This document shows, piece after piece, positions 1 through 9,964 of a stretch of 64,000 bases of DNA; position 1 is the stretch's first letter; each line of letters opens with the position of its first letter. The notes beneath the pieces are model-generated. The model made no database searches, was not told the DNA's origin, and worked only from the letters and a program-made list of their open reading frames with translations. A program made the translations under genes and the position numbers. Location of the stretch: NCBI RefSeq assembly GCF_009914755.1, contig NC_060928.1. The stretch is one strand, 5' to 3'. This DNA is from the human T2T-CHM13v2.0 reference genome, Homo sapiens.

Positions 1-99
1 TTGAAACACTCATTCTGTAGTATCTGGAAGTGGACATTTCAAGCGCTTTCAGGCCTATGGTGAGAAAGGAAATATCTTCGAATAAAAACTAGACAGAAG
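1..99 (+). repeat. Partial HOR (3' end of monomer m19)
   Basis: Matches 3232-3330 of the next unit (CACTCATTCTGTAG ... CTTCGAATAAAAACTAGACAGAAG). Confidence 0.9.
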
Positions 100-225
100 C
101 ATCCTCAGAAACTTATTTGTGATGTGTGTCCTCAACTAACAGAGTTGAAACTTTGTTTTGATACAGCATTTTGGAAACACTCTTTTTGTAGAATCTGCAG
201 GTGGATATTTGGATAGCTTAGAGGG

Positions 226-242
226 ATTCGTTGGAAAGGGGA
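226..242 (+). other. Degenerate CENP-B box (m1)
   Basis: ATTCGTTGGAAAGGGGA: the core CGGG is changed to GGGG in all m1 copies. Confidence 0.85.
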
Positions 243-395
243 TATCTTCATATAAAATCTAGACAGAAGCATTCTCAGAAACTTATTTGTGATGTGTGTC
301 CTCAACTAACAGAGTTGAACCTTGGTTTCGATACAGCATTTTGGAAACACTCCTTTTGTAGAATCTGCAGGTGGATATGTGGATAGCTCTGAAGA

Positions 396-412
396 TTTCG
401 TTGGAAACGGGA
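396..412 (+). other. CENP-B box, intact (m2); representative of a site repeated in each HOR
   Basis: TTTCGTTGGAAACGGGA matches NTTCGNNNNANNCGGGN. Confidence 0.95.
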
Positions 413-565
413 ATTTCTTCATATAAAATCAAACAGAAGCATTCTCAGAAACTTCTCAGTGATGTTTGCATTCAGCTCATGGAGTTGAACACTTCCTTTC
501 ATAGAGCCGGTTTGAAACACTCTTTCTGCACTACCTGGAAGAGGACATTTCGAGCGCTTTGAGTC

Positions 566-582
566 CTATGGTGAAAAAGGAA
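566..582 (+). other. A-box / pJ-alpha-type motif of A-type monomers (m3; equivalents in m5, m7, m10, m12, m14, m17, m19)
   Basis: CTATGGTGAAAAAGGAA occupies the position homologous to the CENP-B box. Confidence 0.8.
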
Positions 583-736
583 ATATCTTCTCATAAAAAC
601 CAGAAAGAAGCATTCTCAGAAACTTCTTTGTGTTGTGTGTACTCATGTAACAGTGTTGAACCATCCTTTTGACAGAGCAGTTTTGAAACACTCTTTTTGT
701 AGAATCTGCAAGTGGATATTTGGATAGCTTTGAGGA

Positions 737-753
737 TTTCGTTGGAAACGGGA
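737..753 (+). other. CENP-B box, intact (m4)
   Basis: TTTCGTTGGAAACGGGA. Confidence 0.95.
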
Positions 754-1074
754 TGACATATAATATCTAGAGAGAAGCATTCTCAGGAACTTCTTTGTGA
801 TGTTTGCATTCAAGTCACAGAATTGAACATTCCCTTTCATAGAGCAGGTTTGAAACACTCTTTCTCTAGTATCTGGAAGTGGGCATTTCAAGCGCTTTCA
901 GGCCTATGGAGAGAAAGGAAATACCTTCAAATAAAAACTAGACAGAAGCATTCTCAGAAACTTATTTGTGATGTGTGTCCTCAACTAACAGAGTTGAACC
1001 TTTGTTTTGATACAGCATTTTGGAAACACTCCTTTTGTAGAATCTGCAGGTGGATATTTGGATAGCTTTGAAGA

Positions 1075-1091
1075 TTTCGTTGGAAACCGGA
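1075..1091 (+). other. Degenerate CENP-B box (m6), containing an MspI site
   Basis: TTTCGTTGGAAACCGGA: the core CGGG is changed to CCGG. Confidence 0.85.
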
Positions 1092-1417
1092 ATATCTTCA
1101 TATAAAATCAAGACAGAAGCATTCTCGGAAACATCTCTGTGATGTTTGCATTCAACTCAGTAGAGTTGAACACTTCCTTTCATAGAGCAGGTTTGAAACA
1201 CTCTTTCTGCACTACCTGGAAGCGGACATTTCGAGCGCTTTGAGGCCTATGGTGAAAAAGGAAATATCTTCTCATAAAAACCAGAAAGAAGCATTTTCAG
1301 AAACTTCTTTGTGTTGTGTGTACTCAAGTAACAGTGTTGAACCTTCCTTTTGACACAGCAGTTTTGAAACACTCTTTTGGTAGAATCTGCAAGTGGATAT
1401 TTGGATAGCTTTGAGGA

Positions 1418-1434
1418 TTTCGTTGGAAACGGGT
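1418..1434 (+). other. CENP-B box, core intact (m8)
   Basis: TTTCGTTGGAAACGGGT; all nine core positions are kept. Confidence 0.9.
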
Positions 1435-1586
1435 TATCTTCATATAAAATCCAGACAGGAGCATTCTCAGAAACTTCTTTGTGCTGTATGTCCTCAATTC
1501 ACAGAGCTGAACCTTTGTTTGGATACAGCATTTTGGAGACATTCTTTAGTAGAATCTGCAAGTTGATATTTAGATAGCTTTGAAGA

Positions 1587-1603
1587 TTTCGTTGGAAACG
1601 GGA
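1587..1603 (+). other. CENP-B box, intact (m9)
   Basis: TTTCGTTGGAAACGGGA. Confidence 0.95.
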
Positions 1604-1926
1604 ATATCTTCATAGAAAATCTAGACGGAAGCATTCTCAGAAACTGCTTTGTGATGTTTGCATTCAAGTCACAGAGTTGAATATTCCCTTTTATAGAGTA
1701 GGTTTGAAACACTCTTTCGGCACTACCTGGAAGTGGATATTTCGAGCTCTTTGAGGCCTATGGTTAAAAGGAAATATCTTCCCATAAAAACTAGACAGAA
1801 GCCGTCTCAGAAACTTGTTTGTGATGTGTGTATTCAACTACCAGAGTTGAACATTTCTGTTACAGAGCAATTTTAAAACACTCTTTTTGTGGAATCTGAA
1901 AGTGGATAATTGGATAGCTTTGTGGA

Positions 1927-1943
1927 TTTCGTTGGAAACGGGA
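1927..1943 (+). other. CENP-B box, intact (m11)
   Basis: TTTCGTTGGAAACGGGA. Confidence 0.95.
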
Positions 1944-2264
1944 TGACGTATAAAATCTAGAGAGAAGCATTACCAGGAACTTCTTTCTGATGTTTGCATT
2001 CAAGTCACAGAATTGAACATTCCTTTTCATAGTGCAGGTTTGAAACACTCTTTCTGTAGTATCTGGAAGTGGACATTTCAAGCGCTTTCAGGCCTACGGG
2101 GAGAAAGGAAATATCTTCAAATAAAAACTAGACAGAAGGATTCTCAGAAACTTATTTGTGATGTGTGTCCTAAACGAACACAGTTGAACCTTTGTTTTGA
2201 TACAGCATTTTGGAAACACTCCTTTTGTAGGATCTGCAGGTGGATATTTGGATGGATTTTAAGA

Positions 2265-2281
2265 TTTCGTTGGAAACGGGA
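2265..2281 (+). other. CENP-B box, intact (m13)
   Basis: TTTCGTTGGAAACGGGA. Confidence 0.95.
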
Positions 2282-2606
2282 ATTTCTTCATAGAAACTCA
2301 AGACAGATGCATTCTCCGAAACTTCTCTGTGATGTTTGCATTCCACTCATAGAGTTGAAAACTTCCTTTCATACAGCAGGTTTGAAACACTCTTTTTGTA
2401 ATATTTGGAAGTGGACATTTGCAGCGCTTTGAGGCCTATGGTGAAAAAGGAAATATCTTCTCATAAAAACCAGAAACAAGCATTCTCAGAAACTTCTTTT
2501 TGATGTGTGTACTCAAGTAACAGAGTTGAACCTTCCTTTTGACACAGCAGTTTTGAAACAATCTTTTTGTAGAATCTGCAAGTGGATATTTGGATAGCTT
2601 TGAGGA

Positions 2607-2623
2607 TTTCGTTGGAAACGGGA
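2607..2623 (+). other. CENP-B box, intact (m15)
   Basis: TTTCGTTGGAAACGGGA. Confidence 0.95.
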
Positions 2624-2776
2624 TATCTTCATATAAAATCTAGACAGAAGCATTCTCAGAAACTTCTTTGTGCTGTATGTCCTCAATTAACAGAGTTGAA
2701 CCATTGCTTGGATACAGCATTTTGGAAACATTCCTTGAGTAGAATCTGCAAGTTGATATTTAGATAGATTTGAAGA

Positions 2777-2793
2777 TTTCGTTGGAAAAGGGA
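2777..2793 (+). other. Degenerate CENP-B box (m16) in HOR1-15
   Basis: TTTCGTTGGAAAAGGGA: core C13 is changed to A. Confidence 0.85.
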
Positions 2794-3118
2794 ATATCTC
2801 CATAGAAAATCTAGAGGGAAGCATTCTCAGAAACTGCTTTGTGATGTTTCCATTCAAGTCACAGAGTTGAATATTCCCTTTTATAGAGCACGTTTAAAAC
2901 ACTCTTTCTGCACTATCTGGAAGTGGACATTTCGAGCGCTTTGAGGCCTATGGTGAAAAAGGAAATATCTTCCCACAAAAACTAGACAGAAGCATTCTCA
3001 GAAACTTGTTTGTGATGTGTGTATTCAACTAACAGAGTTGAACTTTTGTTTTTACAGAGCCGTTTTAAAACACTCTTTTTGTGGAATCAGAAAGTGGATA
3101 TTCGGATGGCTCTGAGGA

Positions 3119-3135
3119 TTTCGTTGGAAGCGGGA
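3119..3135 (+). other. CENP-B box, intact (m18)
   Basis: TTTCGTTGGAAGCGGGA. Confidence 0.95.
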
Positions 3136-3330
3136 TTACATATAAAATCTAGAGAGAAGCATTCTCAGGAACTTCTTTGTGATGTTTGCATTGAAGTCAC
3201 AGAATTGAACATTCACTTTGATAGAGCAGGTTTGAAACACTCATTCTGTAGTATCTGGAAGTGGACATTTCAAGCGCTTTCAGGCCTATGGTGAGAAAGG
3301 AAATATCTTCGAATAAAAACTAGACAGAAG

Positions 3331-6300
3331 CATCCTCAGAAACTTATTTGTGATGTGTGTCCTCAACTAACAGAGTTGAAACTTTGTTTTGATACAGCAT
3401 TTTGGAAACACTCTTTTTGTAGAATCTGCAGGTGGATATTTGGATAGCTTAGAGGGATTCGTTGGAAAGGGGATATCTTCATATAAAATCTAGACAGAAG
3501 CATTCTCAGAAACTTATTTGTGATGTGTGTCCTCAACTAACAGAGTTGAACCTTGGTTTCGATACAGCATTTTGGAAACACTCCTTTTGTAGAATCTGCA
3601 GGTGGATATGTGGATAGCTCTGAAGATTTCGTTGGAAACGGGAATTTCTTCATATAAAATCAAACAGAAGCATTCTCAGAAACTTCTCAGTGATGTTTGC
3701 ATTCAGCTCATGGAGTTGAACACTTCCTTTCATAGAGCCGGTTTGAAACACTCTTTCTGCACTACCTGGAAGAGGACATTTCGAGCGCTTTGAGTCCTAT
3801 GGTGAAAAAGGAAATATCTTCTCATAAAAACCAGAAAGAAGCATTCTCAGAAACTTCTTTGTGTTGTGTGTACTCATGTAACAGTGTTGAACCATCCTTT
3901 TGACAGAGCAGTTTTGAAACACTCTTTTTGTAGAATCTGCAAGTGGATATTTGGATAGCTTTGAGGATTTCGTTGGAAACGGGATGACATATAATATCTA
4001 GAGAGAAGCATTCTCAGGAACTTCTTTGTGATGTTTGCATTCAAGTCACAGAATTGAACATTCCCTTTCATAGAGCAGGTTTGAAACACTCTTTCTCTAG
4101 TATCTGGAAGTGGGCATTTCAAGCGCTTTCAGGCCTATGGAGAGAAAGGGAATACCTTCAAATAAAAACTAGACAGAAGCATTCTCAGAAACTTATTTGT
4201 GATGTGTGTCCTCAACTAACAGAGTTGAACCTTTGTTTTGATACAGCATTTTGGAAACACTCCTTTTGTAGAATCTGCAGGTGGATACTTGGATAGCTTT
4301 GAAGATTTCGTTGGAAACCGGAATATCTTCATATAAAATCAAGACAGAAGCATTCTCGGAAACATCTCTGTGATGTTTGCATTCAACTCAGTAGAGTTGA
4401 ACACTTCCTTTCATAGAGCAGGTTTGAAACACTCTTTCTGCACTACCTGGAAGCGGACATTTCGAGCGCTTTGAGGCCTATGGTGAAAAAGGAAATATCT
4501 TCTCATAAAAACCAGAAAGAAGCATTCTCAGAAACTTCTTTGTGTTGTGTGTACTCAAGTAACAGTGTTGAACCTTCCTTTTGACACAGCAGTTTTGAAA
4601 CACTCTTTTGGTAGAATCTGCAAGTGGATATTTGGATAGCTTTGAGGATTTCGTTGGAAACGGGTTATCTTCATATAAAATCCAGACAGGAGCATTCTCA
4701 GAAACTTCTTTGTGCTGTATGTCCTCAATTCACAGAGCTGAACCTTTGTTTGAATACAGCATTTTGGAGACATTCCTTTAGTAGAATCTGCAAGTTGATA
4801 TTTAGATAGCTTTGAAGATTTCGTTGGAAACGGGAATATCTTCATAGAAAATCTAGACGGAAGCATTCTCAGAAACTGCTTTGTGATGTTTGCATTCAAG
4901 TCACAGAGTTGAATATTCCCTTTTATAGAGTAGGTTTGAAACACTCTTTCGGCACTACCTGGAAGTGGATATTTCGAGCTCTTTGAGGCCTATGGTTAAA
5001 AGGAAATATCTTCCCATAAAAACTAGACAGAAGCCGTCTCAGAAACTTGTTTGTGATGTGTGTATTCAACTACCAGAGTTGAACATTTCTGTTACAGAGC
5101 AATTTTAAAACACTCTTTTTGTGGAATCTGAAAGTGGATAATTGGATAGCTTTGTGGATTTCGTTGGAAACGGGATGACGTATAAAATCTAGAGAGAAGC
5201 ATTCTCAGGAACTTCTTTCTGATGTTTGCATTCAAGTCACAGAATTGAACATTCCTTTTCATAGTGCAGGTTTGAAACACTCTTTCTGTAGTATCTGCAA
5301 GTGGACATTTCAAGCGCTTTCAGGCCTACGGGGAGAAAGGAAATATCTTCAAATAAAAACTAGACAGAAGGATTCTCAGAAACTTATTTGTGATGTGTGT
5401 CCTAAACGAACACAGTTGAACCTTTGTTTTGATACAGCATTTTGGAAACACTCCTTTTGTAGGATCTGCAGGTGGATATTTGGATAGATTTTAAGATTTC
5501 GTTGGAAACGGGAGTTTCTTCATATAAACTCAAGACAGATGCATTCTCCGAAACTTCTCTGTGATGTTTACATTCCACTCATAGAGTTGAAAACTTCCTT
5601 TCATAGAGCAGGTTTGAAACACTCTTTTTGTAATATTTGGAAGTGGACATTTGCAGCGCTTTGAGGCCTATGGTGAAAAAGGAAATATCTTCTCATAAAA
5701 ACCAGAAACAAGCATTCTCAGAAACTTCTTTTTGATGTGTGTACTCAAGTAACAGAGTTGAACCTTCCTTTTGACACAGCAGTTTTGAAACAATCTTTTT
5801 GTAGAATCTGCAAGTGGATATTTGGATAGCTTTGAGGATTTCGTTGGAAACGGGATATCTTCATATAAAATCTAGACAGAAGCATTCTCAGAAACTTCTT
5901 TGTGCTGTATGTCCTCAATTAACAGAGTTGAACCATTGCTTGGATACAGCATTTTGGAAACATTCCTTGAGTAGAATCTGCAAGTTGATATTTAGATAGA
6001 TTTGAAGATTTCGTTGGAAAAGGGAATATCTCCATAGAAAATCTAGAGGGAAGCATTCTCAGAAACTGCTTTGTGATGTTTCCATTCAAGTCACAGAGTT
6101 GAATATTCCCTTTTATAGAGCACGTTTGAAACACTCTTTCTGCACTATCTGGAAGTGGACATTTCGAGCGCTTTGAGGCCTATGGTGAAAAAGGAAATAT
6201 CTTCCCACAAAAACTAGACAGAAGCATTCTCAGAAACTTGTTTGTGATGTGTGTATTCAACTAACGGAGTTGAACTTTTGTTTTTACAGAGCCGTTTTAA

Positions 6301-6562
6301 AACACTCTTTTTGTGGAATCAGAAAGTGGATATTCGGATGGCTCTGAGGATTTCGTTGGAAGCGGGATTACATATAAAATCTAGAGAGAAGCATTCTCAG
6401 GAACTTCTTTGTGATGTTTGCATTGAAGTCACAGAATTGAACATTCACTTTGATAGAGCAGGTTTGAAACACTCATTCTGTAGTATCTGGAAGTGGACAT
6501 TTCAAGCGCTTTCAGGCCTATGGTGAGAAAGGAAATATCTTCGAATAAAAACTAGACAGAAG
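3331..6562 (+). repeat. HOR2, canonical 19-mer, 3,232 bp
   Basis: CATCCTCAG markers at 3331 and 6563. Confidence 0.92.
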
Positions 6563-9500
6563 CATCCTCAGAAACTTATTTGTGATGTGTGTCCTCAACT
6601 AACAGAGTTGAAAATTTGTTTTGATACAGCATTTTGGAAACACTCTTTTTGTAGAATCTGCAGGTGGATATTTGGATAGCTTAGAGGGATTCGTTGGAAA
6701 GGGGATATCTTCATATAAAATCTAGACAGAAGCATTCTCAGAAACTTATTTGTGATGTGTGTCCTCAACTAACAGAGTTGAACCTTGGTTTCGATACAGC
6801 ATTTTGGAAACACTCCTTTTGTAGAATCTGCAGGTGGATATTTGGATAGCTTAGAGGGATTCGTTGGAAAGGGGATATCTTCATATAAAATCTAGACAGA
6901 AGCATTCTCAGAAACTTATTTGTGATGTGTGTCCTCAACTAACAGAGTTGAACCTTGGTTTCGATACAGCATTTTGGAAACACTCCTTTTGTAGAATCTG
7001 CAGGTGGATATGTGGATAGCTCTGAAGATTTCGTTGGAAACGGGAATTTCTTCATATAAAATCAAACAGAAGCATTCTCAGAAACTTCTCAGTGATGTTT
7101 GCATTCAGCTCATGGAGTTGAACACTTCCTTTCATAGAGCCGGTTTGAAACACTCTTTCTGCACTACCTGGAAGAGGACATTTCGAGCGCTTTGAGTCCT
7201 ATGGTGAAAAAGGAAATATCTTCTCATAAAAACCAGAAAGAAGCATTCTCAGAAACTTCTTTGTGTTGTGTGTACTCATGTAACAGTGTTGAACCATCCT
7301 TTTGACAGAGCAGTTTTGAAACACTCTTTTTGTAGAATCTGCAAGTGGATATTTGGATAGCTTTGAGGATTTCGTTGGAAACGGGATGACATATAATATC
7401 TAGAGAGAAGCATTCTCAGGAACTTCTTTGTGATGTTTGCATTCAAGTCACAGAATTGAACATTCCCTTTCATAGAGCAGGTTTGAAACACTCTTTCTCT
7501 AGTATCTGGAAGTGGGCATTTCAAGCGCTTTCAGGCCTATGGAGAGAAAGGGAATACCTTCAAATAAAAACTAGACAGAAGCATTCTCAGAAACTTATTT
7601 GTGATGTGTGTCCTCAACTAACAGAGTTGAACCTTTGTTTTGATACAGCATTTTGGAAACACTCCTTTTGTAGAATCTGCAGGTGGATATTTGGATAGCT
7701 TTGAAGATTTCGTTGGAAACCGGAATATCTTCATATAAAATCAAGACAGAAGCATTCTCGGAAACATCTCTGTGATGTTTGCATTCAACTCAGTAGAGTT
7801 GAACACTTCCTTTCATAGAGCAGGTTTGAAACACTCTTTCTGCACTACCTGGAAGCGGACATTTCGAGCGCTTTGAGTCCTATGGTGAAAAAGGAAATAT
7901 CTTCTCATAAAAACCAGAAAGAAGCATTCTCAGAAACTTCTTTGTGTTGTGTGTACTCAAGTAACAGTGTTGAACCTTCCTTTTGACACAGCAGTTTTGA
8001 AACACTCTTTTGGTAGAATCTGCAAGTGGATATTTGGATAGCTTTGAGGATTTCGTTGGAAACGGGTTATCTTCATATAAAATCCAGACAGGAGCATTCT
8101 CAGAAACTTCTTTGTGCTGTATGTCCTCAATTCACAGAGCTGAACCTTTGTTTGGATACAGCATTTTGGAGACATTCCTTTAGTAGAATCTGCAAGTTGA
8201 TATTTAGATAGCTTTGAAGATTTCGTTGGAAACGGGAATATCTTCATAGAAAATCTAGACGGAAGCATTCTCAGAAACTGCTTTGTGATGTTTGCATTCA
8301 AGTCACAGAGTTGAATATTCCCTTTTATAGAGTAGGTTTGAAACACTCTTTCGGCACTACCTGGAAGTGGATATTTCGAGCTCTTTGAGGCCTATGGTTA
8401 AAAGGAAATATCTTCCCATAAAAACTAGACAGAAGCCGTCTCAGAAACTTGTTTGTGATGTGTGTATTCAACTACCAGAGTTGAACATTTCTGTTACAGA
8501 GCAATTTTAAAACACTCTTTTTGTGGAATCTGAAAGTGGATAATTGGATAGCTTTGTGGATTTCGTTGGAAACGGGATGACGTATAAAATCTAGAGAGAA
8601 GCATTCTCAGGAACTTCTTTCTGATGTTTGCATTCAAGTCACAGAATTGAACATTCCTTTTCATAGTGCAGGTTTGAAACACTCTTTCTGTAGTATCTGC
8701 AAGTGGACATTTCAAGCGCTTTCAGGCCTACGGGGAGTAAGGAAATATCTTCAAATAAAAACTAGACAGAAGGATTCTCAGAAACTTATTTGTGATGTGT
8801 GTCCTAAACGAACACAGTTGAACCTTTGTTTTGATACAGCATTTTGGAAACACTCCTTTTGTAGGATCTGCAGGTGGATATTTGGATAGATTTTAAGATT
8901 TCGTTGGAAACGGGAGTTTCTTCATATAAACTCAAGACAGATGCATTCTCCGAAACTTCTCTGTGATGTTTGCATTCCACTCATAGAGTTGAAAACTTCC
9001 TTTCATAGAGCAGGTTTGAAACACTCTTTTTGTAATATTTGGAAGTGGACATTTGCAGCGCTTTGAGGCCTATGGTGAAAAAGGAAATATCTTCTCATAA
9101 AAACCAGAAACAAGCATTCTCAGAAACTTCTTTTTGATGTGTGTACTCAAGTAACAGAGTTGAACCTTCCTTTTGACACAGCAGTTTTGAAACAATCTTT
9201 TTGTAGAATCTGCAAGTGGATATTTGGATAGCTTTGAGGATTTCGTTGGTAACGGGATATCTTCATATAAAATCTAGACAGAAGCATTCTCAGAAACTTC
9301 TTTGTGCTGTATGTCCTCAATTAACAGAGTTGAACCATTGCTTGGATACAGCATTTTGGAAACATTCCTTTAGTAGAATCTGCAAGTTGATATTTAGATA
9401 GATTTGAAGATTTCGTTGGAAAAGGGAATATCTCCATAGAAAATCTAGAGGGAAGCATTCTCAGAAACTGCTTTGTGATGTTTCCATTCAAGTCACAGAG

Positions 9501-9964
9501 TTGAATATTCCCTTTTATAGAGCTCGTTTGAAACACTCTTTCTGCAGTATCTGGAAGTGGACATTTCGAGCGCTTTGAGGCCTATGGTGAAAAAGGAAAT
9601 ATCTTCCCACAAAAACTACACAGAAGCATTCTCAGAAACTTGTTTGTGATGTGTGTATTCAACTAACGGAGTTGAACTTTTGTTTTTACAGAGCCGTTTT
9701 AAAACACTCTTTTTGTGGAATCAGAAAGTGGATATTCGGATGGCTCTGAGGATTTCGTTGGAAGCGGGATTACATATAAAATCTAGAGAGAAGCATTCTC
9801 AGGAACTTCTTTGTGATGTTTGCATTGAAGTCACAGAATTGAACATTCACTTTGATAGAGCAGGTTTGAAACACTCATTCTGTAGTATCTGGAAGTGGAC
9901 ATTTCAAGCGCTTTCAGGCCTATGGTGAGAAAGGAAATATCTTCGAATAAAAACTAGACAGAAG
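6563..9964 (+). repeat. HOR3, 20-mer structural variant (3,402 bp) with an extra m2/m1 hybrid monomer at 6733-6902
   Basis: Period is 3,402 = 3,232+170. GAGGGATTCGTTGGAAAGGGG occurs twice 170 bp apart, as does AACCTTGGTTTCG. Confidence 0.93.

Larger units (their letters stand above)
100..3330 (+). repeat. HOR1, 19-mer, 3,231 bp. Monomer starts: m1 100, m2 270, m3 440, m4 611, m5 778, m6 949, m7 1120, m8 1292, m9 1462, m10 1632, m11 1802, m12 1968, m13 2139, m14 2310, m15 2481, m16 2651, m17 2822, m18 2993, m19 3160
   Basis: Monomer boundaries read at CATTCTCAG-like motifs. A 1-bp deletion at ~1544 (ATTCTTTAG vs ATTCCTTTAG) shortens the unit. There are 11 B-type (box-position) and 8 A-type monomers. 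Confidence 0.92.

Noticed and set aside
40-56. Short palindromes (AAGCGCTT, AGGCCT) and TATA-like CATATAAAA motifs
   Set aside because: These are ordinary parts of the alphoid consensus; promoter or cruciform function cannot be supported from sequence alone.
2013-2432. Longest ORF (139 aa), unique to HOR1
   Set aside because: It arises from a single TAG>TGG change at 2254 that reads through satellite sequence.
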